Assembly (NCBI GenBank): GCA_028534125.1
Contig: JAPYYK010000086.1
Location: 1,550,001-1,614,000 of the forward strand
Length of the DNA stretch: 64,000 nt
Direction of reading: 5' to 3'
DNA from: Lama glama
Lineage: Eukaryota
The notes under the pieces were generated by a model, which worked only from the letters and a program-made list of their open reading frames with translations, did no database searches and was not told the origin of the DNA. Positions 12,981 to 25,800 of this stretch are shown in pieces; positions within the stretch are counted from its first letter, which is position 1; every line of letters starts with the position of its first letter. The position numbers and the translations under genes are program-made.

Positions 12981-12993
12981 GTTGCCTAGCAAT
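12981..12993. promoter_or_regulatory. RFX X-box-like motif
   Basis: GTTGCCTAGCAAT is 12/13 identical to the X-box at 760-772. Confidence 0.45.
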
Positions 12994-13059
12994 ATGGTCA
13001 GGGCACAGGAATCAGAGAGGGTGAAATTCACACCCACAAGGAAATTATATTATTCATAA

Positions 13060-13090
13060 ACACACACACACACACACACAACACACACAC
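13060..13090. repeat. (CA)n microsatellite, interrupted
   Basis: Visible directly in the sequence. Confidence 0.95.
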
Positions 13091-13440
13091 GCATCTCTGG
13101 AAGAATGTTATAAACTGTGAGTACAGAATTATAGCCACAAGCAGAATGATCTTCAGAGCACTGCAGAATAAACATGCTGGCTGATCTGTTATTTATGCTT
13201 CCAATGTCTTTGTGAGTATGGGTATCACTTAAAGGAAAAAATATTATACGCCTGTGAAAGGAGTTTACAGCTACCTACGTTGACATGAGCCCTGTCAATA
13301 TAAGTAAAACCCACATTTTAAAATAAATATAATACGTAAAATTGTAGGAAGAAGAAGTCAATACATAGGAACAACTTTAATCTCTTTGCCCAGCCTTATT
13401 TCAAAATATTGAAATTCGCTATTAATTTTCAGAAGAGTCA

Positions 13441-13665
13441 AGTGTGGTGGTACTGAGCAGGCTCATCCAAGGCAGACACTTGACTTCAGACCCTGACTCT
13501 GTCTTCTGCCATCTTATTTCCCCGCACCTCATCTGTGAGTTGAAATAATAGTCATAGTTAACTGATGGGGCTGTTGTGAGGATTAAAGTAAGGGAATCCA
13601 CAAAAGGGACAGAGACAAGGATTGGTGCTCCGGAACCTTGCTACTCCTTGTTACTGTTACTACAC
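13441..13665 (+). mobile_element. MIR SINE
   Basis: Core cctcatctgtgagttgaaataatagt...gggctgttgtgaggattaaa. Confidence 0.75.
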
Positions 13666-14619
13666 AAAAGACCTCTTAATTGCCTTTCAAGAAACAGAGA
13701 GGCCATCAGTTAACCCAAGCAATGAGATCGGTAGGGTTTTTGCCTGTAAGAAGGCTGTTCAGGAGTCAGGAAGAGCAGGTTGTAAGCCTCCAGTCCCTCC
13801 CCTGCCTGAAAGGAGAGGTGAAAAGTCACCCTACTCCTTCCTCTCGTAGCCCAGTCAGTGGTTCTCCCAAAGTCAGAGAGCCTGCCGGCTCAGTTCTGAG
13901 AGTGAGACCCCACTCGCTAAAGGTAACTCCACCCTCAGGCAGCACAGCCCTGCGTCCTCTCAGCCCCAGGCTCCCCTCCCAGAACAGCTTGCTCCTCCGT
14001 GCCTCTTCCCAGGTTACCCTCCTGGAGGTCCCCTCACAGGACTTCCCCGTTTCTTCTTTCCAGCTGACTTTGGAACTGCTCTCAGTTTGGGGGAGAGCTG
14101 TGACTTCTTGGGAACGCACTGCACTGCTTTCCCAGGCTACGCGGCGGGGAGCGGGCAGGTGCGGGAAGCACGAGGCATCCTCGTCTCTGCCTGAGTTGCC
14201 ATCTCTAGTTCCCAGCAGTGTTTGTCTCTTAAGACCGAGGTGAAAAAAAATCAGAATAGCTGAGCTGCCAGCCCACTCCTGGGGGGAGGTAAGTAACTAG
14301 GAGGGCTTCCTGAGCAGCACTGAGTAAAAACAATATGTGTGTCTTACTACGCAGAAGACGCACAGTGAGTGATTTGTGAGAACAAGATGAGTATATGGAT
14401 TCTATTTATTTGTTCTATACGTGAATCAAGAAACAACTTTTAAAAGATATTTTAATCTGTTCCTAATATCATTTTCCTTGTATGAATTTGGGGATTTTTT
14501 TTCCCTTTGAAATACTTTTGAACAGAATTAAATTGTAAGTCTTAGGGTTACTTATTATGGTTTAGAAAATTCCATTTATTAAGATAAAAATAAATTTTTT
14601 TCTTTGGCTTTTAAAAGTC

Positions 14620-16160
14620 CTTAAAAAAGCAATCAGTTATGTCATCAGAATGTATAATGGAAGGAAGAACCCCATTTGTTTTAGCAACAAAAAGCGTAAA
14701 TTCCTAGGGTTAAACTTAAGCAGTGAAGAAGACTTTTAAAGGTACTGAGGTTCAAAAAGGAGACTTGGACAAACGGAACGATATCCATGATTTCAGATAA
14801 TAAGGCATCATAAAAATGTTATTCTCCCTAAATTATCTATACATGTAAAAAAAAACTTCAACTTTTAAAAAAGAGGTTTTTTTTAAAGAGACAAGTTGAT
14901 TATAACATTAATATGGAAAAATAAACAAGCAACTGTATGCAGGAAAGTCCTGAAAAAGGAAAGCAAAGGTTGCCTAGCTGTGTTAGATATTAAAAGGTAA
15001 AGCTATAATAATTGAAAAGGAATGGTACCTGAACAGGCAGGCAGCTCAACAGAACAAAAATGGACTCAAATACAGAAAGGCATTTAATATATGATAAAAT
15101 GGCATCTCTTATCAGTGGAGAGAAGTGGTCTGTTCAATAAAAGGTGTTTGAGCAACTGAGTAGCCCTCTGGGAGGGGGAGGGGAATTAAAGTTGGATGCA
15201 AACATTTACATCCTTAACCATGATAAATTCCAGATGGCTTGACATATTTAGAAATAAAGAGAAAGAAAATCTTGAGCATGACAGAGTAAATTGTTGGGTA
15301 ATTTTTCACATAATCTTGGAGTATGGTAGGCCCTTTGAAATATAGTATAAAATCCAGAATCCATAAAAGAAATTGATTTGTACATAAAATCAAACAATTC
15401 TGTAGGCAAAACAGTAAGAACAACAAAAAAATCAGCAAAGTCGAAAGACAAACAACAAACTTTAAAAAATTGCTATTCTTATAAAAGATTAAGGATTCCT
15501 ACAAGTAAATAAGAAAAAGATTAGCATTTCCAAAAAAGAGACAGTTTGCAGAAAAAGAAATAAATGGAAAAAAGCTCCAGTTAACTCCTAAGATATCATT
15601 TTCACCTATCAGACCAGGAAAGATCAAGCAAAATTCACTGTTGGAGAGAGCGTGGTCAAACAGGTACTCCAGTTTTACTTCTGAAGGTTTAAATTGGTAC
15701 CACACCATCATGGGCAATTCAGCAATACATATCAAAATTATAAAGAGACATATATTTTGATGCAGCAATTTTACTTGCAAGGATTTATCCTGCATATATG
15801 CTCAAGCATATGTGAAATAATCTGGCAACTAAGTTATTTAATAGATAATTTTCCATAATAGCAAAAGATTAGAAACAATCTAAATGTATGTCAATAGGAA
15901 ATTGTAAAACAAATTGTTACATCTATAAATGGAACATTATGTAGCTGTTAAAAAGGATGAGGAAGCTCTTTATGTACTGATGTGAAATGATTTCCACGAC
16001 CTATTGCAAAGACAAAGGTAAACAAGGAACTGCAGTCATCAGTTATCCCCATAAGAGAGACAACTGGGAAAGAGACTTTCACTGCAATGCCTTTATCTTT
16101 GGAAAGGTGAATGCTGTAAGTGACTTAGTTCAGAAATAAATGAATAAAATTGAAAGAAAA
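14620..16160 (+). mobile_element. Old L1 (L1ME-like), ORF2 3' half and 3' UTR
   Basis: ccccattt...agcaacaaaaag...ttcctagg, gttcaataaaaggtgtttgagcaactg, ataaattccagatgg, ttagaaacaatctaaatgt, gaaatgatttccacgac. Confidence 0.85.
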
Positions 16161-16441
16161 AAGCCTTTGCCATTTTGATTGTTTTTATGTCAAAAGTTTA
16201 GTATTTTATTTGCTATTTTGACAATCCCGCTATAGCAAATAGCTAAAGATCTTTCAGGACTTTCACATTATCTTTGTTTTTGTGGAGTTAGGTTTTAAAT
16301 ATAAATCCTCCAAGCAAGAGGAATGCCAGAGAAAGCCCATTTTTTCCAAATGTGTTATTTTCTACTGGGATATTACCTGATTTCATTCTTCAGGTTAGAA
16401 CTGGTGGTAGGCGGAATTCTGAGACAGCCCCAAGTTCACAG

Positions 16442-16599
16442 AAGTTTTGTTGGATCACAGCCATGCTCATTTGTTTACATGTTGTGTGTGCCTACTTTTG
16501 TATTGCGACACAGTAGTCTCGACAAGAAGCCACAGGGCCCGAAAAACCTGCAATCTTTACTGTTTGTCCCTTGATTGGAAAAGTTTTGCCCACCCCTGG
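16442..16599 (+). mobile_element. MER58A-like hAT-Charlie MITE (partial), flanked by MLT1-like scraps
   Basis: aagttttgttggatcacagccatgctcatttgtttacat ... aaaagttttgcccacccctg terminal inverted repeat (TIR). Confidence 0.75.
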
Positions 16600-16727
16600 T
16601 TTAAACCATTTTGAGTTAGGTCTCTTATTATTTGCAGCCTAAAATCATTCACACAATTATAATCTCTTTCATTCTGATGAGAAGTGAAATAACACTAAAC
16701 CAAGACTGATAATAATGTTGATGCAGG

Positions 16728-17292
16728 TTTTTTAAGCAAACTTTTACTGAAGTATGGCATACATACCAAAAAGCTTATAAATCATTACCATACAGCTCAG
16801 AGAATTTTCACAAAGCAAATACTCATCATCAAACCCCAGAAGCTCCCTTGTCCCCTCTTTAGTCACTATATCCCCTCCCCAAAGACACTCACTGTTCAAA
16901 TGTTTTCAGAAAAGACCTCCATAGTCTTATTTTGACCATTCATGAACTTCATATAAACAGATCTGTAGTATGTCCTTTTGTGTCTGACTTCTTTGCTCAG
17001 TGCCTGTGGAATTCCTGTATGTTTTTATAGCAGGAGTTCATTCATTCTCATTGCTATGTAATACTCCACTGTATAAGTATGTCCACTTATTTTATCCATT
17101 CTACAGTCAAGGGACATTTGAGTTGTTTCCAATTTTTGACTATTACAAACAGTGCTGCTGTGAATAATGTAATTTTTGGTGCATGTATAGACACACACGT
17201 ATATAGGTTACATACGTAAGTTATATGTGTATATGTTATATTTATGTGTGTATATAACTTATATATACTGTTGGAGTGGGATTGTGGGTCAT
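16728..17292 (-). mobile_element. L1M (MC/MD/ME-type) 3' end
   Basis: cttttactgaagtat...catacagctcagagaattttcacaaagc; tttatccattctacagtcaagggacatttgagttgtttccaattttt. Confidence 0.85.
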
Positions 17293-17743
17293 TCATTCGG
17301 GATTTTTACCATGGATCTGCAAGGACCATTCAATGTCAGAAAGTACACAGTTTCATTCACCAGAAATTGGTCTTGTTCCCATTTTACTTTAATATCAAGA
17401 TTAATTTAGCAGAGTATCAGGCTCAAAAGACCACACACAACCAGATGAATAACTAAATTAAATGAAAAGTTAAAACAATCACCAACAAGCTGATTCTCCC
17501 TCCCAAATCTACACTGTTACTTTAAGGAACTTTCAAGCTGCCTGCTTAGAGACTAATTGTTTGAGCAGCTGAATTCAAATCATTGCTTCCTTTGGAACAT
17601 CGTCGGTAAGGCTCAGATTACCTTGGCATATTGCTAATTCACAGAGGTGCATTTTCTGGGACATATTCCTCACTTTGAGGAAAAAGTGATGAAAAGTTAT
17701 AGACAGATGGGGTGGCAGGGAGCCTCAGTAGACTGAGAGCTCC

Positions 17744-17775
17744 AAAAAAAAAAGAAAAAGAAAAAAAGAAAGAAA
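17744..17775. repeat. A-rich/(AAAAG)n tract
   Basis: Visible directly in the sequence. Confidence 0.8.
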
Positions 17776-18315
17776 GGTAAAATTACTGCAGTCAAGTTCC
17801 AGCAACTTTCCTACTTAGCAACCCTGTTATGAAGCAAAGCCACAGAAAATCAAGCTTTCATCAAAGGGCACTTTCTCCTATTCCAGCCACTCCCAACTGG
17901 TACTTCTGCCTTGTTCCCTCTGTCACTCAGGCAACACTCTCCAGGGGTTTGAAAACAGTTTATCTTTTTTTTTTTTAAAGCAGTGCCCAAGGACTGCTTG
18001 CATAGCATATCGTCTTAGACATACCAGTACGATTAAGGGAACCGAGAAAGAATCTATAAAGGCAGCAAAGAGAGCGACTATTAGGCATGCACAATTGATT
18101 GAAGTTCTCTTTCCACTCATCGGGGTATCACACCAGCAGAGAAGATTCAGCCTGATTATCATCAAGATGAATCATCGGTAGCCACAGAGAGCTAGGGTCA
18201 AACTCAGGGCTCTGTGGTTTGGAGCTGCTGTCCTCCTAGCAAGACAGCAAATTGCAAGTTGAACTATTTTGGCCCCTCCTGTTGGGCCAATTCTAAGATA
18301 AGGATTTCTTTATGC

Positions 18316-18405
18316 AAGAAAGGAAGAGAGACAGAGAGAGAGGAAGAGACTGGGGGGATGGAGGGGTAGGGCAGGGAAGGAGGGAGGGAAGAGAAGGGAG
18401 AGGGA
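18316..18405. repeat. GA/G-rich polypurine low-complexity tract
   Basis: Visible directly; multiple GGG runs. Confidence 0.75.
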
Positions 18406-19969
18406 GCATTCTTGGCAGGATCCTAGAAATATTTCACCACGAACTTTCCAGACCATATTTTCTATTCCCAGGGGTCTGCTCCAGGTGTGGCGGTCAGGGC
18501 ATACCTCCGGGGTTGGGGGTGGGGGGGTTCCTCATCTTCCCTTAGAAACCTCAGTATTTGCGAATGGACAGTATCTCCCTCACCTCCGAGGGCCAGTGCC
18601 AGCCTGCCAGCTCTGAAGCCCACCACAGCCTCTCTCTAGGACAGTCCATGAAAGTCTGAAGAGAAGAGGAAGGGCAGAAAGATTTTTCCCTCTGTGCCAT
18701 CCTCACTGAATAACGCACAGGAGAATTGGGCAAAATATTCCAAGCTTTGGACGTAGATTCCCGCAGCCACACGCGGCGGTCCTGTACAGGGCAGTGCTGC
18801 CTGATTTTCAGTATTCTCTCCCACCTCAAACCAAAACAATTTCTCCCCTAATTTTCATTTAGAGAATACCACTCCAGAATTCTCCGGGCAGTTTATGGGC
18901 CTTTTAGCAATCGGTAGGCTCCCTATCATCCATCAGTCTTTGCTTCTGTTTTGCAAAGCATTTTGCTCTTAGAAGCTCTAAACAGCATCCTATTTTGATG
19001 TTTAAAATCTCTCTCTCTCTTTTTTCTTTTTTTTCGCTCCTAAACTTTGGAAGGAGAACTCTTTCCTCCTGGGTTTCCAGGAGCACTTATCCAGAAAGCT
19101 TTTGGCCGAAATTTATGACACTGCTGTGAGGTGGCGAAGGTCTGCTGATCCCGTTTTATGGCCGAGGAAGCGGAGATAGGAGTGAACACTTTGCCGAAGG
19201 TCAGGCTCCGAGTCGGGGCGCCCTCGGAGGCAGGACTTCGTGTTCCCGGCGGCCTGGCCACGCTCAGCTGCCTCGCCTCTGTTTGAACTGCCTTAAAAAT
19301 AGGACTTTCAAGAATTCCGATGGGGAGATTGAGACTCTGCAGTGCTTTATTTGTTAATGGTGACTTGGTAACTGCATGTATTAATGTTATTCATTGACTT
19401 ACAGCCAAAAGCCATTCATTTACTAGCTCTTCAGTCTAGAGGGACTGTTTCCCCGGTTTGTCACTGATTGTAACACTTCCCTGTAAGGATCTGAGAGTCC
19501 ACTTACATCAGACACCAGAGCCAAAGTGTGAGTTGTTGTCCTTCTGGCCTCTATGAGAACGTATCATGATCCCATACGCAGCCCTTACCGTGGCCTCAGT
19601 TTCCCGCCTGGTAGGCCACCCTCCAGCCACCCAGGGGCTTCTAAAAGTGAATCACCCACTGGTTCCAGAACGCTCACTCCCCTGCCTTCTGGTCTCTCTG
19701 ACCCCCCTCTTCAGTCCACACCTCTATCCTTCAAAATCTCTATATCTTCAAGTTTCATCTTAATCACCTCCCGAAGAAGGCACTTGTTTTCCCACCAACC
19801 CTGGGTCTCTTCCTTTGAAGCTCCTATCTGATGCCATCTTCTTTTACAATCAAATTTACTGGCCTTCTTCCCCTTATGTGTCGATTATAAACTACTTAGC
19901 TTTACTCATTCTTGCCTGCTCTGGGAGGGAAGACCCAGTTCTGCTCAGAGCGCAGGGAACTGCTTCCTG

Positions 19970-20177
19970 CAGGGGTGGGCAAACATCTTCAGCAACAGAC
20001 CAGTTAGTCAATGGTGTCGGCTCTGCCCACCATCCACAGTCGCTATCAGTTCTTTTTGCTTTCTTTGTTACCCTTTAAAAATTAAAAAACAAACAAACAA
20101 ACAAAAAACTGTCTGTAGCTCTCAGATCAGCTAGGGGCTGGATTGGGCTCTCTGGCCATGGTCTGCCTGACCTCCTG
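19970..20177. mobile_element. MER58C-like hAT-Charlie MITE
   Basis: caggggtgggcaaac start, internal accctttaaaaatt, end ggccatggtctgcctgacctcctg. Confidence 0.65.
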
Positions 20178-22569
20178 GCTCAGTAAGGATTTCTTGGATT
20201 GCCATCGATGGTCTTGAATTATGTTGGAAACGACTTATTTTGTATTTCCGGAAATTTTAGCACAATCGATGACTTTTGCACTGGTTAAAAATAACATTAT
20301 TTGGTTTTTTGCTTGTTTGTTTTTTAAAATAACAGTATTTGTAATGAGAATGTTTTCTTCCATTTTTCTAATATTGTGAAAGATTAAAGTGAAAGATAAG
20401 TTGTGCCACAAAACCCAGATACACTTTTATACTCTTAACTTCTTGTACTTCTAAAAGAAACTTCATACGATAGTATCTGTATCTATTTTATTTTAAAAGT
20501 CCAAACAGTCAAAACATGGGTGGGACCCAGCACTCATGTACGTGGAAGTATAAATTTGCAAAAATCCATGCGTGCAGCTTTTTTGCGTCATTAAAGGGCC
20601 AAATTCCATCCCCTTTACAAAGATTCTGCCAGAGCTACTGAGGCCTCTTGGCTCTTTTAGGAAGTGGGATCATAAAACTAGCTCGGCAGCGCTGATAGGG
20701 TTGTTTTTTTACAGTGTTGCAAAATGTTTCATTTGTCCTGTCAATGATTGCTCTGAAGCAGGATCTTGGACAAGTTAATATTTATAATACCTGAAACTAG
20801 AAAGAGGGACAAAGAAATGGTCCCTTTCAAGTCTCGCTGACCTGGTTTCCGGATTAGCGCCCTCACAATGCCATCCTCACCACCTCCCTGGCCCCAGGAA
20901 GACTGCGCAGTAACAAGCATTAAATGTTTAGTCATTTCCTGCATCACGTTTGTCAGACATCATGGCCTTCCCCTATTAACGTATCTAACCGAGTTAGAGT
21001 TCAAACAGCCGGTTTCCATATCAGCAGTTGTTTGGTTTAATATCTTTCCAACAAAGGTGCCATAGGGAGCTTCTCAGAAAACCTCCTGTTAATGCCGCAG
21101 CCTGTCTTCCTGAGGAGATCCAGCTGAGAACAGCGCCGACTCCGTGCTGCTGATAATTTCCCGGTGTGTGATTTGTGAAAACTTTTGCAGATGAAATTGT
21201 CTTAAAGATGTCACATTGGAAAACCTCTGAACCTCACTGAAATTTAATTGGAGGCTGAAGGGCCTGTCTTGATTTTACTGGTCTGCTGAAGGTTTACTCT
21301 GTCTTGGGAGAGCACACATCCCCGATAATGGAAGGTTGCTCTGCTTATGGAAAAGAAAGATGGGCGGAAGTGTGATAATCCCAGCCTTGAAGACAGCATT
21401 AATTACAGCCTGTTGACCTCTCCCTTTTGACAGGGAAGCCGTAATGTTTTCAAAGAGACAGTTCCGTTAGCTACGTGACCAATTAAGGAAGCAGGAAACA
21501 GCAAGAAGGAAGGTATAAAATGATCTTGTAAAAATACTTTTCAAAATTAGAGCTACTTAACACATAATAAGAATATTTGGTTTAAAGCAGTAGAGAATTT
21601 TGTTTCAAAAATAACCTCCTGTAAAAGTAAGGCTGATCTATGGTAAACTGTTAAGATATCTTTGTCTCATTAAAACAGCGGGCTTTCATGCTGGAAATAG
21701 CCATAATTTTTTGTAAAATGTTGACTTATATTTTACGTTTAGAAAATGCCATTTCCTACATCTGAAATGGCTTTTGAAGATGGAAAATGCAACAAAGTAA
21801 AATTGTGCTGAATTCATTGTACTCTCTAAACTCTGAACAACCCTGGTGAATCACTATTTCCTATCCTATTTTTTAACTTTTTGCCATGTATTTGTTTCCT
21901 ATGTTTTGGAAGTAGGTCAGAAGAAACTATGGAAAATATATTGTCTCTTTGGGTTTTAATTCCTAGCCGGGATGTGTCTGGATTCAGAGTCTCCTAGGTT
22001 GAATTATCTTGTCATTTAGTTAGGTCAAAAATCATCAAATATTGGTGATTTCATAAGTGGCTGCTGACGACCACTTGGCTATTTCTCCTTTTTTATTCCT
22101 GTGATACTGTTTCTGACCCCTGTTGATCGGCAGTTGGTAAATGAGAGGTGCAGGATGAAAACTTATTCTTGCATAATAGACAGGATAACAGATAGCAATC
22201 AATTAGAGATAACAGACAAAATAATAATAATAGATACATACAGCATTGCAAATCAACTATATATTTCAATAAAAGTGAGAAAAAATAATTAGAAAAATGT
22301 TTTAAAATAAAAAATAATATATAGATGTGACAGATAGTAAGAATAGATCACAGATAGAAAATAATACACGACAGACAGAATTTCTGGCTCCAAGCATTGT
22401 GTATCTATGGCAGAGTATTTTACCTCTTCCAATCATTTGGAAGAAACAATACAAACTTTCTCTTTTTCAGAGTAAACAAACCCCCTGTTACAAGCATTCC
22501 TTTATCCTGCTCCAAGTCAGGGATTTCAAAGTCCTCCACTCCTTTCCTCTATTAGCTGATCATAGTGAC

Positions 22570-22702
22570 CATCATAGTTAACATTTACTGAATACCTATT
22601 AAGTGCCAGGGTGTCTAATAAAGTCTGTACATTTTCTCATTTTCTCCTCAAAAGAACCCTATGGGGTATTAGTATTATAATCCCCGTTTCACAGATGAAA
22701 CT
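22570..22702 (-). mobile_element. MIR SINE
   Basis: aacatttactgaatacctattaagtgccagg ... ccccgtttcacagatgaaact. Confidence 0.8.
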
Positions 22703-22889
22703 CTTGGGAGAGCATGACAGCTCTGGTTGCTGAGCCTACGTTGTATTTGATTAAGTGGAGAGAGGACCTGAGAGATGGAGAAAAGGCTAAGCAGTCAGCC
22801 TGCATATCCTTAGGTCACGTACACACGGCCTTGGTGTCAAAATCTGGGAATCTCTATTGATGTGGTTTGCTACCATTCCTGTGATCCCT

Positions 22890-23010
22890 GAATTTAAGCT
22901 TCAAAATCTTACCCTGTGGCACAGTGATCTGACACCGGGACTTAACCTCTCAGTGCGCCATTATCCTTATCTGTAAAATAACATAAAATTATCTGCCTCA
23001 GAGAGGCACT
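22890..23010 (+). mobile_element. MIR SINE fragment
   Basis: acttaacctctcagtgcgccattatccttatctgtaaaat. Confidence 0.6.
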
Positions 23011-25649
23011 GAGATGTCCACTGATATTTGAAGTTCAGAGGAAGATGAATACATAGCACAACCTATTCCATATCTAGAGAGAGTCACTCTTTGCTTATTT
23101 TGCTTTCCTAATAATTGCTATTTCTTATCTGTAAGTCTGTGACAACAGATGGACAAGGAAAAAACTTAGATTCCATAGAAAACATTCCGATAGATTTCAG
23201 TCTTACAGATTTATAGTTTCTTTTCCCAAACTGTACTGTTCATCAAAAATAACAAAAATCTTTTGAATCTGAGATGCATCTTGCAAGGATGGAGAATTTC
23301 AGTAATTTACAGCCCCGTACGTCCTCCACACTCTGTTACAAAGACTAGGAGAGAAAAAACAGACGGAATTACTGCGACTCTCCAAAGAGCATATGTCCAT
23401 GGAAACCTTGCTACAAAAGCTAATCAGCCACATGAAAATGATTGACTTTTCTGAAGATTGCACATGAGTCAACAGCACAATGAGACAATGTTGTTTTAAT
23501 TCTCCAGGTTGCAGAATTGTCCAAAGAAAAGAGAGCTGATTTTTTTTTAATGATCGCTAAAGACATCTTTGAAGACAGTTGAATCTGGGTTGGCAAGGCA
23601 AAAAGTCAAACAGCAGATCAAAACAAGAGAAGAAAACTGTGACTAAAATAAAAGTGATGATATGTTCGTGCAATTGAAACAGTCAAGTCTGTGTAAATGA
23701 ATTCAAGAATTTTCTCTGAAAGGTGCTGGTAATTTCTCACCAGTTGTTGGGTAGACCAAATAGTTTAAAACAAACACTCTGTAGGGGCTGAATTAAGACC
23801 CTGGTTTTAGAAACACTATTAGTCAGGCAGATGGTGATAATAATGATCACAAAGTAATGATTCCAGACACGGCTAAATCAAGCTGCCCTAACCATCTTCC
23901 CATTCTCTGCCTACTTCCTGTGTCTCAGCCTCACCTCCAGACACACCCATGGTCCTGTCATTTCACAGAGCTTTCTTTCAACTAGGAACGAGATGCTTTA
24001 AGGAACACAGCTGTCAAAAAGGCACACACGAAGAGAGAAGAAACTCTGGGGAGACAGGACACAAGGATCAACCTCTGTTCCTAAAATTCCACGACCACTT
24101 GCCTCGTTCACCTATACACCTCAGCTCTAATTCAGAGAAGCACTTTCCATGAAGACATTTTATTACAATGATTTAAACACGTTTTTTTTCCCCCAAATCA
24201 GCTAACTCACTTTTCTTCAGATTAGCTAATTTCCACAAGAATATAATTGATTAGTGAAAAAAAACAGACCTGACTAATGAGCGAGCTCTGGGAATAGGCT
24301 TCTGGGTATCTGAGAAGCATCAACTCATACAAATAAGTTGGAACAATGACTCCGGCTGGGAAAAGAACAGAGATGAAACAAGCAGTTGCCCAGGGCAGCG
24401 AATTACCAAGGGCAGCAGACTCTTAAGTGGCTTCCGTGGGAGCCAACACAGCCTTTGAATCTGGATACTACCCGCTTTGCTAGGGGAAGGAGAATCTGTA
24501 GATCGGGTCCTCGCTGAAGTTAAGCAGCCACTCCACTGGGCCCGTGGGTGGATGACAGATGGATGTTTTAAAAGTGAGTATTTAGAGTTCAGGGTGCAAT
24601 TTAATGCTTTCACTAGTATGGCTCTGTACGAGGATGCTGCATTGGCGAGAAGCCAAGCTCGCCTTCTGCCTCTTCCCTCCAGCCCAGCACAGGCTGTTGA
24701 GTAGAAACCAAATGGCAATCACCAGGTAGCAAAGATTTGTCTTTGTTCTGGCTTCTAGAAAGCTCAGAGTCTTCTTTTCTTTTTTTTTTTCCCCCCATGG
24801 CTGGCAACTGAGTTCGGCTATTGGATATATACATCTAGCAAGCAGTTCATCACATTTTCTTAACCATATTTTATTTTCTTTCCCCAAACTCACTCCACTT
24901 TATTTTATTCTTGGACAGAGCATGAATTTGTATAAATTGCTTCAAATCCCTCTGTGGAAAGCAGCAAAGAGACAAACACATAAAATAGAGTATAGAAAGA
25001 ATGTCAATATGGTAGATTGTAAGATCTCAGAGTCCCTTTGGCTGAGGAAAGACATCGCTTGTTTAAATTTGTTAACCCAGGAGACTAAGTGTGAGCAGAT
25101 ATCTCAAGCATTCACGTTGCAGGGCTCACAAACTCAGGGAAAAGGAGAATTTAGGAAGGTCTGAAGAAGACAATGGATTGCTGGATGTCTGTAATATTAA
25201 TGCAAGTCTGCAAGAAATAATTTTCATCTCCTTCATTGAACTTCCTAGTCATCCTTTGAGCATTTTTCTTTTCTTTAGCTAAGAAGCAAAACAGTGCTGG
25301 AAACGGATTTTAAATGGGGCTTCATTCAGCTAGGTTGATCTCTTGGCATTTTACATAATGTTTTATTACATTTGGGGGCATCGTTTTAAGAGAAATGGTA
25401 GAATCCAATGTTCATATATAGTTTCGTTAGGCGGCTGTTGAATAAATCTAGCAAATCGCGTGGATGCTTTGAATGTAATTATGAATCTCTATCCTGGAGG
25501 TCGACTCGGCGTTCTCAGGAAGGGGTTGGTCTAACTGTCACCAACAGACCTGGGGCAGTCACTCAGCTGCTCCCAGCTCCTTAATCTTTACATTGAGGGG
25601 TATGAAGGGCTATAGAATTTACCCTCTGCTTTTCACGATCATTAGCAAT

Positions 25650-25800
25650 TTTGATCTTCCTAGCAACCCCGAAAGGTAGGCGGGGAAGCTGTTGATTTAA
25701 CAGACGAGGAAATGGACACTCAGAGATTAAGCCACGTGTTTAAGATCTTAGAGCAATTGAAATAGAACACCTGAGACCAGAACACAGTTCTAACTCCAGA
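25650..25800 (-). mobile_element. MIR SINE
   Basis: gcaaccccgaaaggtaggc...ttaacagacgaggaaatggacactcagagattaag. Confidence 0.65.

Noticed and set aside
13680-14243. 187-aa ORF
   Set aside because: Non-ATG start, low-complexity S/P/L composition and no recognisable domain; expected by chance in GC-rich sequence.
18546-18659. Possible plus-strand terminal exon (cccttag|KPQYLRMDSISL...MKV*)
   Set aside because: No upstream partner exon, no recognisable peptide and no clear nearby polyadenylation signal.
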